Part shown: in pieces, positions 51,716-64,000 of the stretch
How positions within the stretch are numbered: the first letter of the stretch is position 1
How the letters are laid out: each line of letters begins with the position of its first letter
Source of the DNA: Octopus sinensis
Taxonomy: Eukaryota
Assembly: GCF_006345805.1 (NCBI RefSeq)
Contig: NC_042997.1
Coordinates: 53,692,001 to 53,756,000, forward strand
Reading direction: 5' to 3'
Length of the DNA: 64,000 nt
Program-made: the position numbers and the translations under genes
Notes under the pieces: model-generated
Told to the model about the DNA's origin: nothing
Databases searched by the model: none
What the model saw: the letters and a program-made list of their open reading frames with translations, nothing else

Positions 51716-52836
51716 CTTATGAATAAAAACAAAAGTTTAGAACTTAACCTATCCCCCATTCACTTTCCATTATTACTACCCAGTACACCATATTATGTTG
51801 AAGAATGTCTTCCTATCGTCATACAATTCCTGAATCATATCTCTCATTTAATGTCCTATTTATTACTTTGCAGACTGGTGATGCAGGGCTAAGGACTATT
51901 TGAAACACGTCTAGTAGGAAAGATCACTTAAAAGTGATCTTGAGGGAGAGGAAAGCAAATAATAAATATATAATTAATTAATTATGCAATAGTCAACTCC
52001 AAAGGCGGTGATAATGGCAAAATCCTGAAATAAAGATCATGGCTGCTGCTGTTTCTACTGCCGCTGACCTCTCAGAACAACTCTGAGAATAGTCAAAGCG
52101 AACCCAAAGACAAATGAAATCACCTAATCCTCCACGTTACTTGAACCAGGAGCCAACGTGGCAGAGGCACCAAAGGCTGATGGGTCTCCTCCTCCTGGAG
52201 AGACTCGACAAGAGATTAGGAACAACTGTTCAACTCTATCGTTTCTGTGAGATAAGGAGGGGGGAAGATAGCAGAGAGGTGAGAGACTGTTGAAGTCAAG
52301 TAAAAAGTGAATAAAGGAATAAATAAATAAATAAAAGGCAAAACCAAAAATGATTCCAGTCTAAAGATGAGAAAAAAAGCTGCAAATCTCCTAATGGTTG
52401 TCCCCTAACTACCTCGAATGCATGACCTCCATTGTTATCTGATTGGTTGTTTAATAACGAGTATCTAATGCAAATCCAAATAACCTAACAGAATAAGAAA
52501 AAAGATACTGTGCTGATTGTGAAGATAAGAGAGGGATTCATCATATTCAAAATCATAGACTGTAGGTGAAAATCACACCAACAATGTGTCTAGAGCTAAG
52601 GGAACTTTCTCCGGATAATGCGGGATTCTTCACAGTTAGGCTAATGCTGGAGAAGCTCCCGAGAAATTTCAGAAGTCACAATTTACAGAAGTTATTTGAA
52701 ATCGTGGGACGTCCTGAAATATATCTAGGTTAACCACTTCTCGGCCCTTTGTGAGTAGGTTGCCTTTCTTTGCTTGTGCAAAGAATTTTTAACAAGTGCT
52801 AATATATTGTATTAGGTTTTCTGCCCCATTACATTT

Positions 52837-52873
<37 letters not shown>

Positions 52874-52974
52874 ATCTGCACTTACTTTGCTTGACACGTT
52901 TTATTTTGTATACAATAAAGTAAGGGTTGCTATTATTTTTATCTCTATCATTATTAATATTTAAGACTTCGAGC

Positions 52975-53173
52975 CAACAGAATCGTTGGCTCATCGAACA
53001 AAATGCTTAGCGGCATTTCTTCAGACTCACTACGGTGTAAGTTCATATTCCGCCCAGGTCGATTTTGCTTTTCATCTTTTCAGGGTCGACAAAATAAGTA
53101 GCAGTAGAGTACTGGTGTCAATGTTATCGACATACCCGCCCCACTCAAAACTGCAGGGTCTTGTGTCAAGATT
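52975..53173 (+). mobile_element. SINE-A, diverged
   Basis: cagaatcgtt...aaatgcttagcggcatttc...caggtcgattttgcttttcatc. Confidence 0.8.
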
Positions 53174-55583
53174 ACTGAAGAGTTGTTATAACGCTGTTGT
53201 GGTAGGTATCAAGAGGAGGGACAGTAACATTTGAAACACCCATATTCTTTCCTATAGATTTGTGACTCTGTTTTTATAATGTTTTAATCATTATCATTTC
53301 TCTTTATTAACGGTTCAAATTAACTTTTATTGCACTAATATTTAGGAGATAATCATGCGCCGTGAGACAATACGTGCAATTTTAAAGAATTATCTTGGGT
53401 GTTTTATTTATACAATCACCAGAACATCAATCTGATCAGAATTTTTGTATGTGAATGCAATTAGTAAATTAATATTTATATATTTAGTTTGGTCAAACTT
53501 AAGGCCAACTTTTGTAGGAGAAGCTCATAGTCGCTATATAAAATGCGGAGATTTTATAGAAGTTGGATAAGGAGAGTTAAGAGTCAACCTTGAAAGGATT
53601 TCGGCACAGTACTATAAGATACCAAACTAATGCCAACAGTAAAGTTTCTGGTCTGGCGTTTAACAGTCTCAGCCATCTCCCTCACCTTTGATTCAATTAT
53701 TAAGGGGAAACATTTCTTGAATTTTCGAGCTGCAATTTATCGTGGTATATATTAATTTAATTAATTTTCTTGATATAACATTTATCTTTCACGTGGTATG
53801 TGATCCACGTGATGGAATATAGAGACATCGGAGATACGGTGGTAGCTTTCAAGTAAATGATTATACTACTATTTATGTTTCTCAAATTTCCAGTAAAACT
53901 ATCCATATTATTCTGAAATTATTCCATGAGCCTGACTGGTATACCTTATATTATAGGGATTCTTTTTATATAATTCATATTAGTATATTCCAGTAGGTTT
54001 CATGCAATAATTTCAAAGACATATTTTGTTTGCTACCATATATCTCAAGAACCACTCGAAATTTTCGGATGAAACGTGTTTTTATGTAACGAAAGTTCTT
54101 GTGAAGTGCAGTATCTACCTCACTTTCTGTTTTCTTGTATATAATCTGTAATTTTCTGTCTGCGTAAGAAATATTTGTATTGAAGAAAGCTATTTGCATA
54201 CTGCAGTTATATATGTTTCTGGAGTCATGAATTTAATTTAACTGACGATGCACGCCAGTATTTCTATCAAAATTGCTGAATTGTGTCGCAGTTTACCTAT
54301 ATGTATGCATCATATATTACACACGCACAAATACATCTATATATACACATACATACACACACACACACATACAAACACACACACATATATATACATACTC
54401 ACACATATATATATGCACAAGCATGCACACACACACACACACACAACACACAACTGCCTGTTCAGTTATTTAGTGATATTTCTGATTGAACTAACAGACC
54501 GAAACATTAGGATGTTAACTACCAGCTTACTTACTTATCTAATTATCGATTCTGTCAAACCCCCATCGATCGAACCTCGATTCTAAGAACTATGATATAG
54601 CTCACCGGTAAACTGATATGGATTTCGTTAACTTGAATTATTAAACTCAAATCGTATAATGGCCCGGAAGAAAATTGGTAACTAATTCAACGTATCTTTG
54701 CATAACTACTCGAACACAAAATCTTCAACGATGTCCAGAAAAATTAAATGGGATACAGGGCGCCTTTTTTTTTTTACACTAGGGATTCTAATATCTATAA
54801 GCCTACGCTTTCTTTTCCAGATGTTGCATTGATTAAAACCATACTCTAAACTCGCTAAAACTAATGACCAACAATACAATTACAATTTTAATCAGTCAAC
54901 AAGTAATTCACTATCACTCACTACTTCCAGATGCCACATCTCATGAATGAAGCCTATAAACAAAATGACTGCCCTTGACATAAACTTTTGATAAAGTCTG
55001 ACATAAAGATATTATCAGCAAACCACTCTCATGCGAAGTCTACCCAAACAGGTCGAAGTGTTTGCCTATCTTCCGGTTCAACTATTCTAGTGCAACATCC
55101 GCTGACAATTCTACAGACTTCACGCAATCAACTCATAGGTGCTTCAAAATTCAGTCATGTTCATCGCATCTACTCTTGATTTTCATTAAAACCATATTTT
55201 CCTCATTTTCGTCTTTTTTTAAATGGCTTCTATTCCCTCAAGTATCAGTCATTTTAGAGACTCTGCAACGGGGTATAGAGTGGTGAGGCTAAGTGGGTGT
55301 TTATCAATTCGGGAATAAAACGATATTTGGATAGGTATAATGCATTAAAAAATGCAACGAACACAAATCCAACATTGGCACTATGCTGCAAATTTTGAAG
55401 AAAAGGCGTTACTCTGCCTAATTTTTACAAAAACTCCACTGCTGCAAACTTTATCGCCCCTTTTCAAAGGGCATAAACCACCATATACCGATGAAAAAAT
55501 AACAGATTTCCGACAAGCGCGCGCGTTATGTTTGAGAGAACGATCAAGCGACGGTATTGCTCAAAATCGAGTTGTGGTGTATA

Positions 55584-55962
55584 CTAGCAGTATCGCCCGG
55601 CGTTGCTCGGGTTTGTTTCGACCCTTTAGAATTGGAATTTTTGAAAAGTAAAAATTTTGCATTATGTAGCTTGTTATTCTCTTTAAGTAAACATTTTTCT
55701 GGTTGAAATACACCGAAAAATGGCGACACAGCAGTCAAAAAATCGTAAAAAATAGGGATTTTCATAGAAAAAAAGCACCTTTTTGATGTAAATAATGGTC
55801 CGATTTGAATTTTTTTTCTTCTGCGGAAGGAAGAGCAAGCCTTCTTCTATCATACTCTCAATTTTGGTCAACTTGCGCTGCAGGGTCTCGGAGGAAATAG
55901 TGTTAGTTGAAGGCTACCAAACCTGCCATACACAGACAACTTCAGCTTTATATATATAGAGA
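55584..55962 (-). mobile_element. Non-autonomous Helitron, same subfamily as 51318-51715
   Basis: Minus strand reads A|TCTCTATATA...CCCGAGCAACGCCGGGCGATACTGCTAG|T, with canonical A/T flanks. Confidence 0.88.
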
Positions 55963-56570
55963 TTTAAGGCATTTTATTCAATAGAATTTACGCGTTTAAC
56001 TACACTAATAATTTAAGAATAACTGGAGATATTTTGATGTTCATGTTTCTTTGAACTCCGGAATGTTCTAAAATAAAACTGCCACCCTGAACTTTTAGTG
56101 GGTTGACATCTCATGTAACTATTTTTTAAACATACTTTATGGTTGATTTAGATAATTTGAATACGTTAGCTATTTGATACGGCGTTTATTTACATTCAAG
56201 TGATAAACATAGCTATTAAATATTTTGTTGGGTAATTTTTAGTTCTTTAATTTCCAATGAATTTCTATCGTACAGTTATCTGAAAGACTTTCCTAGTGTA
56301 AAATCAGTTATACATTTACATGGGACGGACGCTAATAAAAGTTAAAAAGCATAATTTTTTATAAGAAATAAACATTCAATTTTATAGTAAATTCTTTTAC
56401 TATCATTTTACCAAGCATTTTTACTGCTTTCTTTCCTTTCTTTCTTCAGTCGTTCCCAATCGTTCTTAAGCTATTGTGCACCTTGATAATGATTGTGTTC
56501 TACCTAAGACTGTGGTATGATACTCAGGCTCAGTGAGCGTTTTTGCCCTTCAAACAACATACATGGGTGA

Positions 56571-56994
56571 AAATACCTATTTCTTTACTACCCACAAGGG
56601 GCTAAACACAGAGAGGACAAACAAGGATAGACAAACGGATTTAGTCGATTATATCGACCCCAGTGCGTAACTGGTACTTATTTAATCGACCCCGAAAGGA
56701 TGAAAGGCAAAGTCGACCTCGGCGGAATTTGAACTCAGAACGTAGCGGCAGACGAAATACCTATTTCTTTATTACCCACAAGGGGCTAAACACAGAGGGG
56801 ACAAACAAGGACAGACAAACGGATTAAGTCGATTACATCGACCCCAGTGCGTAACTGGTACTTATTTAATCGACCCCGAAAGGATGAAAGGCAAAGTCGA
56901 CCTCGGCGGAATTTGAACTCAGAACGTAACGGCAGACGAAATACGGCTACGCATTTCGCCCAGCGTGCTAACGTTTCTGCCAGCTCGCCACCTT
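56571..56994 (-). mobile_element. SINE-A head-to-tail dimer (full copy plus headless copy) with a 19-bp TSD
   Basis: 184-bp period (56577 vs 56761); tacatgggtgaa(a/g)atacct at 56560-56578 and 56994-57012. Confidence 0.92.
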
Positions 56995-57494
56995 ACATGG
57001 GTGAAGATACCTTTATTGATGTGAATGCATTGACTGAAAAATGAGTTTGTCTCAACATTTATGAGCATGGTGGTCTTTAATTTCTCTACATGCAGGTCAA
57101 AGTGGACATTAAATCAAATGCACGTTTTGTGTTGCTATAATTCAATTATTACCTTTTTGATGACATTAAATAAAGTGTTGACATTCCTAACAACATATAT
57201 GGTATTAAATCTGATGGAAGCTTTAAGATTCATTGAAGTTAGATTTCTTTCTTCTCTGAATTCAAAGCAATTGATAAAGAAGTTTAGTTTTAAAAATTGT
57301 TTTAATAATTGCCACTGTAAAATTATAGTGAGGAAACCAGGGACGACAAGGGTGAAGTGGGGAGGGGCCGAATGTGCCCCGAGTCTCTTAGAAGCACTGG
57401 TTTCACAGTTTCAGATTTAGCAAACAAGAACCCCACCTTATGAACAAATTCGAAAATGGTATTGTTTGACTTGTACTTCTTGATATTTATATGT

Positions 57495-57772
57495 GAAGGC
57501 GCATGGCTCAGTGGTTAGAGCGTCGGGCTCACAATCATTAGGTAGTGAGTTCAATTCCCGGACCGGATTTGTGATGTGTTCTTGGGCAAGAAACTTTATT
57601 TATTTCACGTTGCTCAAGTTCACTGTAGAAATGAGTTGCGACGTCACTAGTGCCAAGCTGTATCAGCCCTTGACTTTCCCTTGGATAACATCGGTGGCGT
57701 GGAGAGGGGGGACTGGTATACATGAGCGACTGCTGGTCTTCCGTAAACAACCTTGCCCGGACTTGTGCTTCA
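57495..57772 (+). mobile_element. tRNA-derived SINE family D
   Basis: A-box-like tggctcagtgg, B-box-like gagttcaattcc, central ttcttgggcaag...cacgttgctc; related decayed copy at ~21703-21812. Confidence 0.8.
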
Positions 57773-57914
57773 GTGTCGCGCTGCCTTTCATCGCTGTTTA
57801 AAATATCTCAAAATACACTCCAAGTTTTCATGTAACTTCCTTTTAATTGCTGACATAGAACTGGATCTATTGTGCTACTCTGTACCACAGTGATGGAATG
57901 CTGATATTGGTTGA

Positions 57915-58115
57915 AAATTTTGGCACAAAGCCAGCAATTTCGGGGAAGGAGTAAGTCGATTACTTCGATCCCATTGCTTAAATGGTAATTATTTTATCGG
58001 TCCAGAAAGGCTGGAAGGCCAAATAGACTTCGACGGAATTCGAACTTGGAACGTAAAGACGAAAGAAATGCTGCTAAGTATTTTGCCCCGCGTACTAACG
58101 ATTCTACCAGCTTAC
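57915..58115 (-). mobile_element. SINE-A, diverged
   Basis: ttttggcacaaagccagcaatttcgggg...gctaagtattttgcc...aacgattctaccagc. Confidence 0.85.
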
Positions 58116-59282
58116 CACATGGGATGATGATATTAAAACCTCTAATGGCAGTTTATTCTCGAAAATGTAAATTTACTAAAACTCGTGTAAAGGCAAGAAG
58201 AAAAATTACTCAATTAACTTTCTTAGCACTTCTCAGCTGAAAATTACGCTACTTACATGATGATGAATGAAATTACCGGAATTAAACCCTTTCATATGAA
58301 CAATTAAGTACAGAAACATATTTAATCAAATTGGCTGCACGGATTGTTGGGCTTCACGGTTAAGTTTCATCAACAGGCTAAGTGATTGTGGACAACAAAG
58401 CGACGTATTTTAGCTCTAAATGACAAACCATACTTGGCAACAGTGGTTTCTGTTTGTGTGTATCAAATCAATTACCATCACTAATTGTCGTGTATGAGCG
58501 ACGAACATTGATTACAGATCAAAGAAATACACATTTTTAAACTTCAGAATGTTCAAACTTACATTCGCAACCCCTTCTAACACAGCTTGTTCGTTTCACT
58601 AGGCTGAATTTTAAGAGCCAGAGCTCGCCTCATTAAATTTTGTACACATAACATTATTAAGAACTACAAAATTTAAGTCAACAGTTTTAGTTACGAAGTT
58701 GTAAAAGCTGTATTCCTTATGTATAGTGAATTAAAACCACTTGAGATTTTGAACATAATTCTTAATAGTTTAGGCGGAACTTTGTTAACCCAAGTCACAT
58801 TATTACAAGGATGATCAACAGCTTGTTTATTAGCTCTACCAAGCTAAATTGCTTCAGCTCGAGCTGGCTCATTAACTTTCACTTATATAAACTTTGTTAT
58901 GTACAGCAAATCTAAACGAAGCTTTATTCCTCGAAAACTAGTCAATCAAAATTATTCAAGATTATTTTTTAATGTTTACAAACCGGACAGAAATTTATTA
59001 ACCAAAGTCCCGCCTTTGGGTTCACACAAGTATTGTAAATCAAGAACAAATGTATCTGAGTTATTCCTTGTTAATTTGAAAAAGATAAACTTAACAATCA
59101 AGATACTCGGTTTGCTACTTGACCCAAATGATGGGGTCACCGCTCCAATATGTTCGTCTTTGACTTCTAATACTTACGTGAACCGAAAGGCGTGACTCAG
59201 ACTGATAAAAACATTACATAACTTAATACGTAAAGGCAAAGTTTCATAAATAAATTTTAACAGAAAAACTGAAAAATACCAT

Positions 59283-59313
59283 TACTTCCAGTTTCGCGTG
59301 ACCGCTCTTTCAG
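59283..59313 (-). ncRNA. Degenerate hammerhead-like motif
   Basis: CUGAAAGA-GCG(GUCA)CGC-GAAACU(GGA)AGUA; one extra A in the core. Confidence 0.45.
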
Positions 59314-59865
59314 CTGATAATCTGAACCTGTTACCTCTTAAATCATCGGATGTTTAAATAGATTTCAAAATATTATAAATGAAAGCTATCGAGAAATGCT
59401 TATCTCAATATTTTTAAAATATCATGTGACCGATATTTTATAAAACCGGCTGTTTGAAGATCACGTTTTCCAGCTCCTTCCTGGTTCTCTTAGCAAGATG
59501 AAAATTATCAAAACGTTTTCATTCGTTATATATGCGTCTGTATATGTGTATATACGTATTGTTGAATTCAAACACGCATAAATGTTAATATACCAATATG
59601 TATGTATACGTGTAAGTGCGGACGTGTCACGTCAAGTGATATTGTATACGAACTTGCATGTGTTTGAGTGTGTATGAGTATATAAGTGAATGAGATGAGT
59701 TTGGATGTGCGTATGTATATGTATGTATACATGTATGTGTGTATGTAAATAGTAAACAAAGAAGAAAATAACGTCATCGTCTAGAAGGCAAAATATAAAT
59801 AAACCGTTGCAGAAGAATTTCATCCTACTAAGAGAGGTCAACAGTCTTGACTTTGTCTTTCTCAT

Positions 59866-59893
59866 CTGACGATGGCCCTAAGAATAGCCGAAG
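59866..59893 (+). ncRNA. Degenerate hammerhead-like motif
   Basis: CUGACGA-U-GGC(CCUAGAAUA)GCC-GAAG; GAAA is mutated. Confidence 0.35.
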
Positions 59894-60689
59894 GATGTGA
59901 ATTACTAACGAAATACTGTAAACTATAAGCAATACATAAAAGACGTTCGTTACCTCGGCATTGCCTTCTGTTTTACTGTGTTCGTAGCTTCATCGGGTAT
60001 ATGAACTCGTATACAAACTACTAACTATGCATACACATGCCAACAGACCCACACAAATGTGTAAACATATATTTGCATGAATATGTATGTATGTATAAGT
60101 GAGTGTATGCATGTGTGTGTGCGTGCGTATGCGTGTATACAGACATACACACACTCAAAGTACAGACATATATGTTTGTGGTCGTATGTTTGCGGTCGTG
60201 TGTGTGTGTGTGTGTGTGTCTGTGTGTGTGTGTATTTAAGTGTCTCTGAATGTGTTGCTCCCCGCAGCTTCGGAGAAATTCTATATTCCCAAAGTTAGTT
60301 GTCGCACCAGATCATAAACTTTGGAAGGAAAGAAAGGAAATACTTTTCTTGGGTGAATGGCGGGAGGTGCTATAAATATGACATTTAGAGACAAGTGTTG
60401 AATTCTAAAACACTGAAAGATACATTGATCGGATTAATGGTTAAATCTTTCGCAGATGTATGTCTACGATTTCCGGTTATTTTGGTTGGTTAACTTTTTC
60501 AAAGTGCATAATATATTTGTATGTGTGTGAGAGTTTATATGTATAGAGAGCGATATACCTAGAGCAATATACACTCATACAAATACTTCATACTGGCGCG
60601 AACTTGCTATCCTAAAGATAGTAAATTCAGCTAAATAGACAGAGACAAACAGTCGGACAGACAATCTGACATTATGAGACCTTCGGTTT

Positions 60690-61130
60690 TGTATTCAATG
60701 TTTTGATGAGATTAAGTGACCTGGTTGAACTAGCTATGACCATCCAGTTTGTTGGGGGCTATGAGCATAGTACTTATATTTACAAAAATAGATGATAGGA
60801 AGTACCGTTTATATCCATATTGCAGTCCACCAAAATTCAAGTACATCTTTCCGTTTATGCTGGCAGAATCGGCTAATCTCAATTTTACAATTTAGTTAGG
60901 TATTTGGGTAAAGAGAATTCTTTACTATAATACTCTTCTCCGGCAAGAAGAATATGCACTCCCTATTGGCAGATGATTCGAAGCTCCAGAAAGGTTATCA
61001 ATGGCGTATGTAACCCTATAGAAATCCAATATGATCAAAACGGTGCGATTCGATGGGTGAAGAAAAAGTCATGCTGCTAAACGGAATTAAATTTAAGGTC
61101 ATCCATTTCAAGAAAGGGTATATATTTAAA
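60690..61130 (+). mobile_element. CR1/L2-like RT remnant
   Basis: LLADDSKL (60963-60986), EIQYD....RW and MLLNGIKFKVIHF, with frameshifts. Confidence 0.55.
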
Positions 61131-61273
61131 CAGCTATGTTCTCTTTCCTTGAGTGAGCTTCTCGTGGCGTCAAATAACTGATAACTGTGGAAAGCAATCT
61201 AAGGTGCATACGTAAAATAATCATGTTGAAATGACCCACAAAATGTGCACGCACGCGCATACATAGATACGTT

Positions 61274-61643
61274 CACATTCCAATAAAAACAGTAGTCCTG
61301 TGTAAACGCAACAGATCTCATATTACTCTGTGGAACAAGGAACAAAAGTCATGCACAGTTGTAGAGGTCAGCTGCCCAGTAGATGTGGACATGCCGCCAA
61401 AGATTCAGGAAAAATAGAACATTTATGGTGAACTAATGTGAAATTTACAGCTCTTGTAATTTGGTTATAAAGTTTCCTTTGTACTTACCATCATAGGAGT
61501 ATTAAGTTATGTTTTTACGGATTTGGGCAAAAACCTAGAAATACTAGAATTTTCTAAATCAAAAGAAACTGACGTATATCATCTAAATTCAATCTATTTG
61601 TAGTAAAAATGTGTAAGACACATCAAAGATTCTCCCATCTAAG
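61274..61643 (+). mobile_element. R4-like RLE nuclease remnant, same subfamily as 12480-13181
   Basis: IPIKTVVLCKRNRSHITLWNKEQKSCTVVEVSCPVDVD...IYGELM*NLQLL...IIGVLSYV.TDLGKNLEIL; VKMCKT. Confidence 0.8.
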
Positions 61644-61714
61644 GTTCTTTAATTGAATGCATGCACACGCTTGGTTGTGTGCATCTACGGAGTCATATGT
61701 AAAAAATAATGATG

Positions 61715-61745
<31 letters not shown>

Positions 61746-62309
61746 AAACACCTAAACACTAAAGAGATATGTTCATACAGAACATAAGTGCAGGTGCAGA
61801 CAGCTATGCATATGCACACATTAACTCAGCCACACATTTACAAAACCTGGGAACTCTCTTAACTCAATAAGACATGTCACTTTGTTAGCGACCGGCTTGA
61901 ACTCCATTAAAAAGAACTTAAATAAATCTCAAAGAAAAACAGAAATACATGCATTCATACATATTGTATGTAAACATTTGCAGCCATTACCCGCTACCTT
62001 TATGTTTTTTTTTTTTTTATTCCACCATTTTTTTTCCTTTTCTAAGTTGTAAAATCTTTTTTTTTTGTAAACTTAATTCGTCTGCAAATGTTTTCTTTCA
62101 TTTCAGTACATTTAACAGAATTGAAATAAATCAGTATAAAATATAAATTACATCTGAAGAATTCAAATTCATATATATATGTATGTATATATGTGAGTGT
62201 GTGTGCACGTGCACAAAACGGATAATATATCGCACTACCTTAATGTGACTCTTAAATTTTCTCCATCTCTTTTTGTTTATTTTTGTGGCAGATTACTCTT
62301 TCTTTTCTC

Positions 62310-62508
62310 TTTTACTCTTTTACTTGTTTCAGTCATTTGACTGCGGCCATGCTGGAGCACCGCCTTTAATCGAGCAACTCGACCCCAGGACTTATTCTTT
62401 TGTAAGCCCAGTACTTATTCTATCGGTCCCTTTTGCCGAACCGCTAAGTGACGGGGACATAAACATACCAGCATCGGTTGTCAAGTAATGCTAGGGGGAC
62501 AAACACAG

Positions 62509-62551
<43 letters not shown>

Positions 62552-62725
62552 CATATATACGACGGGCTTCTTTCAGTTTCCATCTACCAAATCCACACAC
62601 AAGGCTTTGGTCGGCCCGAGGCTATAGTAGAAGACACTTGCCCAAGGTGCCACGCAGTGGGACTGAACCCGGGGTGCAATGTGGTTGGTAAACAAGCTAC
62701 TTACCACACAGCCACTCCTGCGCCT
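62310..62725 (-). mobile_element. SINE-B, full length, well conserved
   Basis: Complete head-to-tail match including the internal (AC)/(AT) tract. Confidence 0.95.
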
Positions 62726-64000
62726 GTGTATGAAATTTTGTGTTTTTGTTCTTTGTTTAACTCTAGTTGGAATCAGTTTTATAAATGATACTACCGAGAG
62801 TCTGTAATATACTTTTGAACTCAGATGTGGAAAGATTTGGGTTTCTTATAGATTGATTCTATATCACCGTAGCTGTATTTTGAGAGTTAATTTACATTTA
62901 GTATATCAAATGCAACAGTTTCAATTTGTTCTTATTTCAAACTTACATATATTTATTTATTTATTCATTTTGTTTTCTTTGCAGTTTAAACCGGAAAAAC
63001 GATTTTGTTATTTGAATGGTTATTTTATTATTTTGACTTCATATAAATTATAGCTAGGGAGTATTATTTTATGGTTTTATGATATATATAAGTCTATAGT
63101 GTTAATGTCGTTCTACACCTTTATTGATACGATTTTCTTTATATTACTGAATGACATATTTAATAACTTTTAACTAAAACTATGTATTCAAGGATATGAA
63201 CGACTTCATTGAAAAAAAAAAACAAATTGTTACACAGGTGCAGATGTTTAGGATTTAAGTTCAGCTTTGGATCTATAATATTCCTAATTTGTTCAAGTTT
63301 GGGCAGAAATATCGTCTCTTAAACACAGATAAATCTTCTTCCATTCTACGACCGTTGTGGTTCAGTCACATTTCAGCTTGGATTGTGAAAACTTATAGCA
63401 AAAAAGTATTCCAGCCTTTTAAGACAGCATTCTTTAATGTGACCTTCCTTTTTAAGATGGTAAAAATGTGAATTAAGGAAGATTTAGTTATCATTTCTAG
63501 TAAGGCGAAGGACTACATAAAAGCTCTTTCATTAGATTGAACTACTGTGACTATGGTTGCAGCTAGGACAACATAGCCACCTCGGTTTTTTTTCATTTAC
63601 TTTAATATTCTTTAATGATATGAAAATAGTTTTAAAATATTCCAACAGAAAAATTCGTGGTAAATAATTTTCATACTATTTTCACCTTATATCCTAGGTT
63701 TTAGTCTCATATAATAAAGTTTTAGACTTACACATGCTCACACGCTCATATGTATGTATTCTTGGAAGAGCTGCAGTTATTACGTGGATGGTATCAGACT
63801 ACCGACCGATGGGTTTAAGGTTCGTACTTCGTCATCGAGATTATGCCGTAACCGAGGACAAGTTACTCAACTCATTAGATCAAAATTCAAACTTTAAAGA
63901 AAGTGTCATGGTAGTTTACACTAATCTAATTTATGATTACAACTGAGAACTGGGGCGTTATTTACAGTGTACTTACTATCAATTTATTGATCAAAAGTAC

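Noticed and set aside
57495-57570. tRNA gene (also the other SINE heads)
   Set aside because: A/B boxes are present but there is no closed cloverleaf, and the sequence continues into a SINE body.
58330-59200. ORF 58899..59195 and a possible minus-strand Penelope RT
   Set aside because: Only a partial NLMRRA-type resemblance; not enough to call.

Overview
Animal (eukaryotic) genomic DNA: AT-rich, microsatellite-dense and dominated by repeats. The SINE sequences match what I recall of octopus (coleoid cephalopod) repeats; this is inference from memory, not a database result. I found no convincing host protein-coding exon, rRNA, tRNA gene or CRISPR array, and nearly all ORF-track entries are translated microsatellites or antisense reads of decayed transposons. 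The window is a transposon graveyard. Retroelements: R4/Dong-clade and CRE-clade (RLE-type) non-LTR elements, Penelope-like elements (RT and GIY-YIG), RTE- and CR1-like RT remnants, and many copies of at least three tRNA-derived SINE families (called A, B and D here). DNA elements: mariner, maT/DD37D-like, Tigger/pogo, Helitrons and several MITEs. The most interesting signals are: (i) several hammerhead-ribozyme-like motifs in short Penelope-type non-coding modules, one at the apex of a ~155-bp-arm foldback; (ii) an unclassified AAC-tailed retroposon end with telomere-like repeats and nested stems, present twice inside trinucleotide arrays; (iii) a long-TIR element that became a 479-bp tandem array inside a SINE; (iv) a SINE dimer with a 19-bp TSD and microhomology junctions; (v) two complementary mariner halves in opposite orientation; (vi) a triplicated 171-bp unit carrying a 19-bp hairpin. 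All family assignments come from motif recognition by eye, and boundaries are approximate unless stated.
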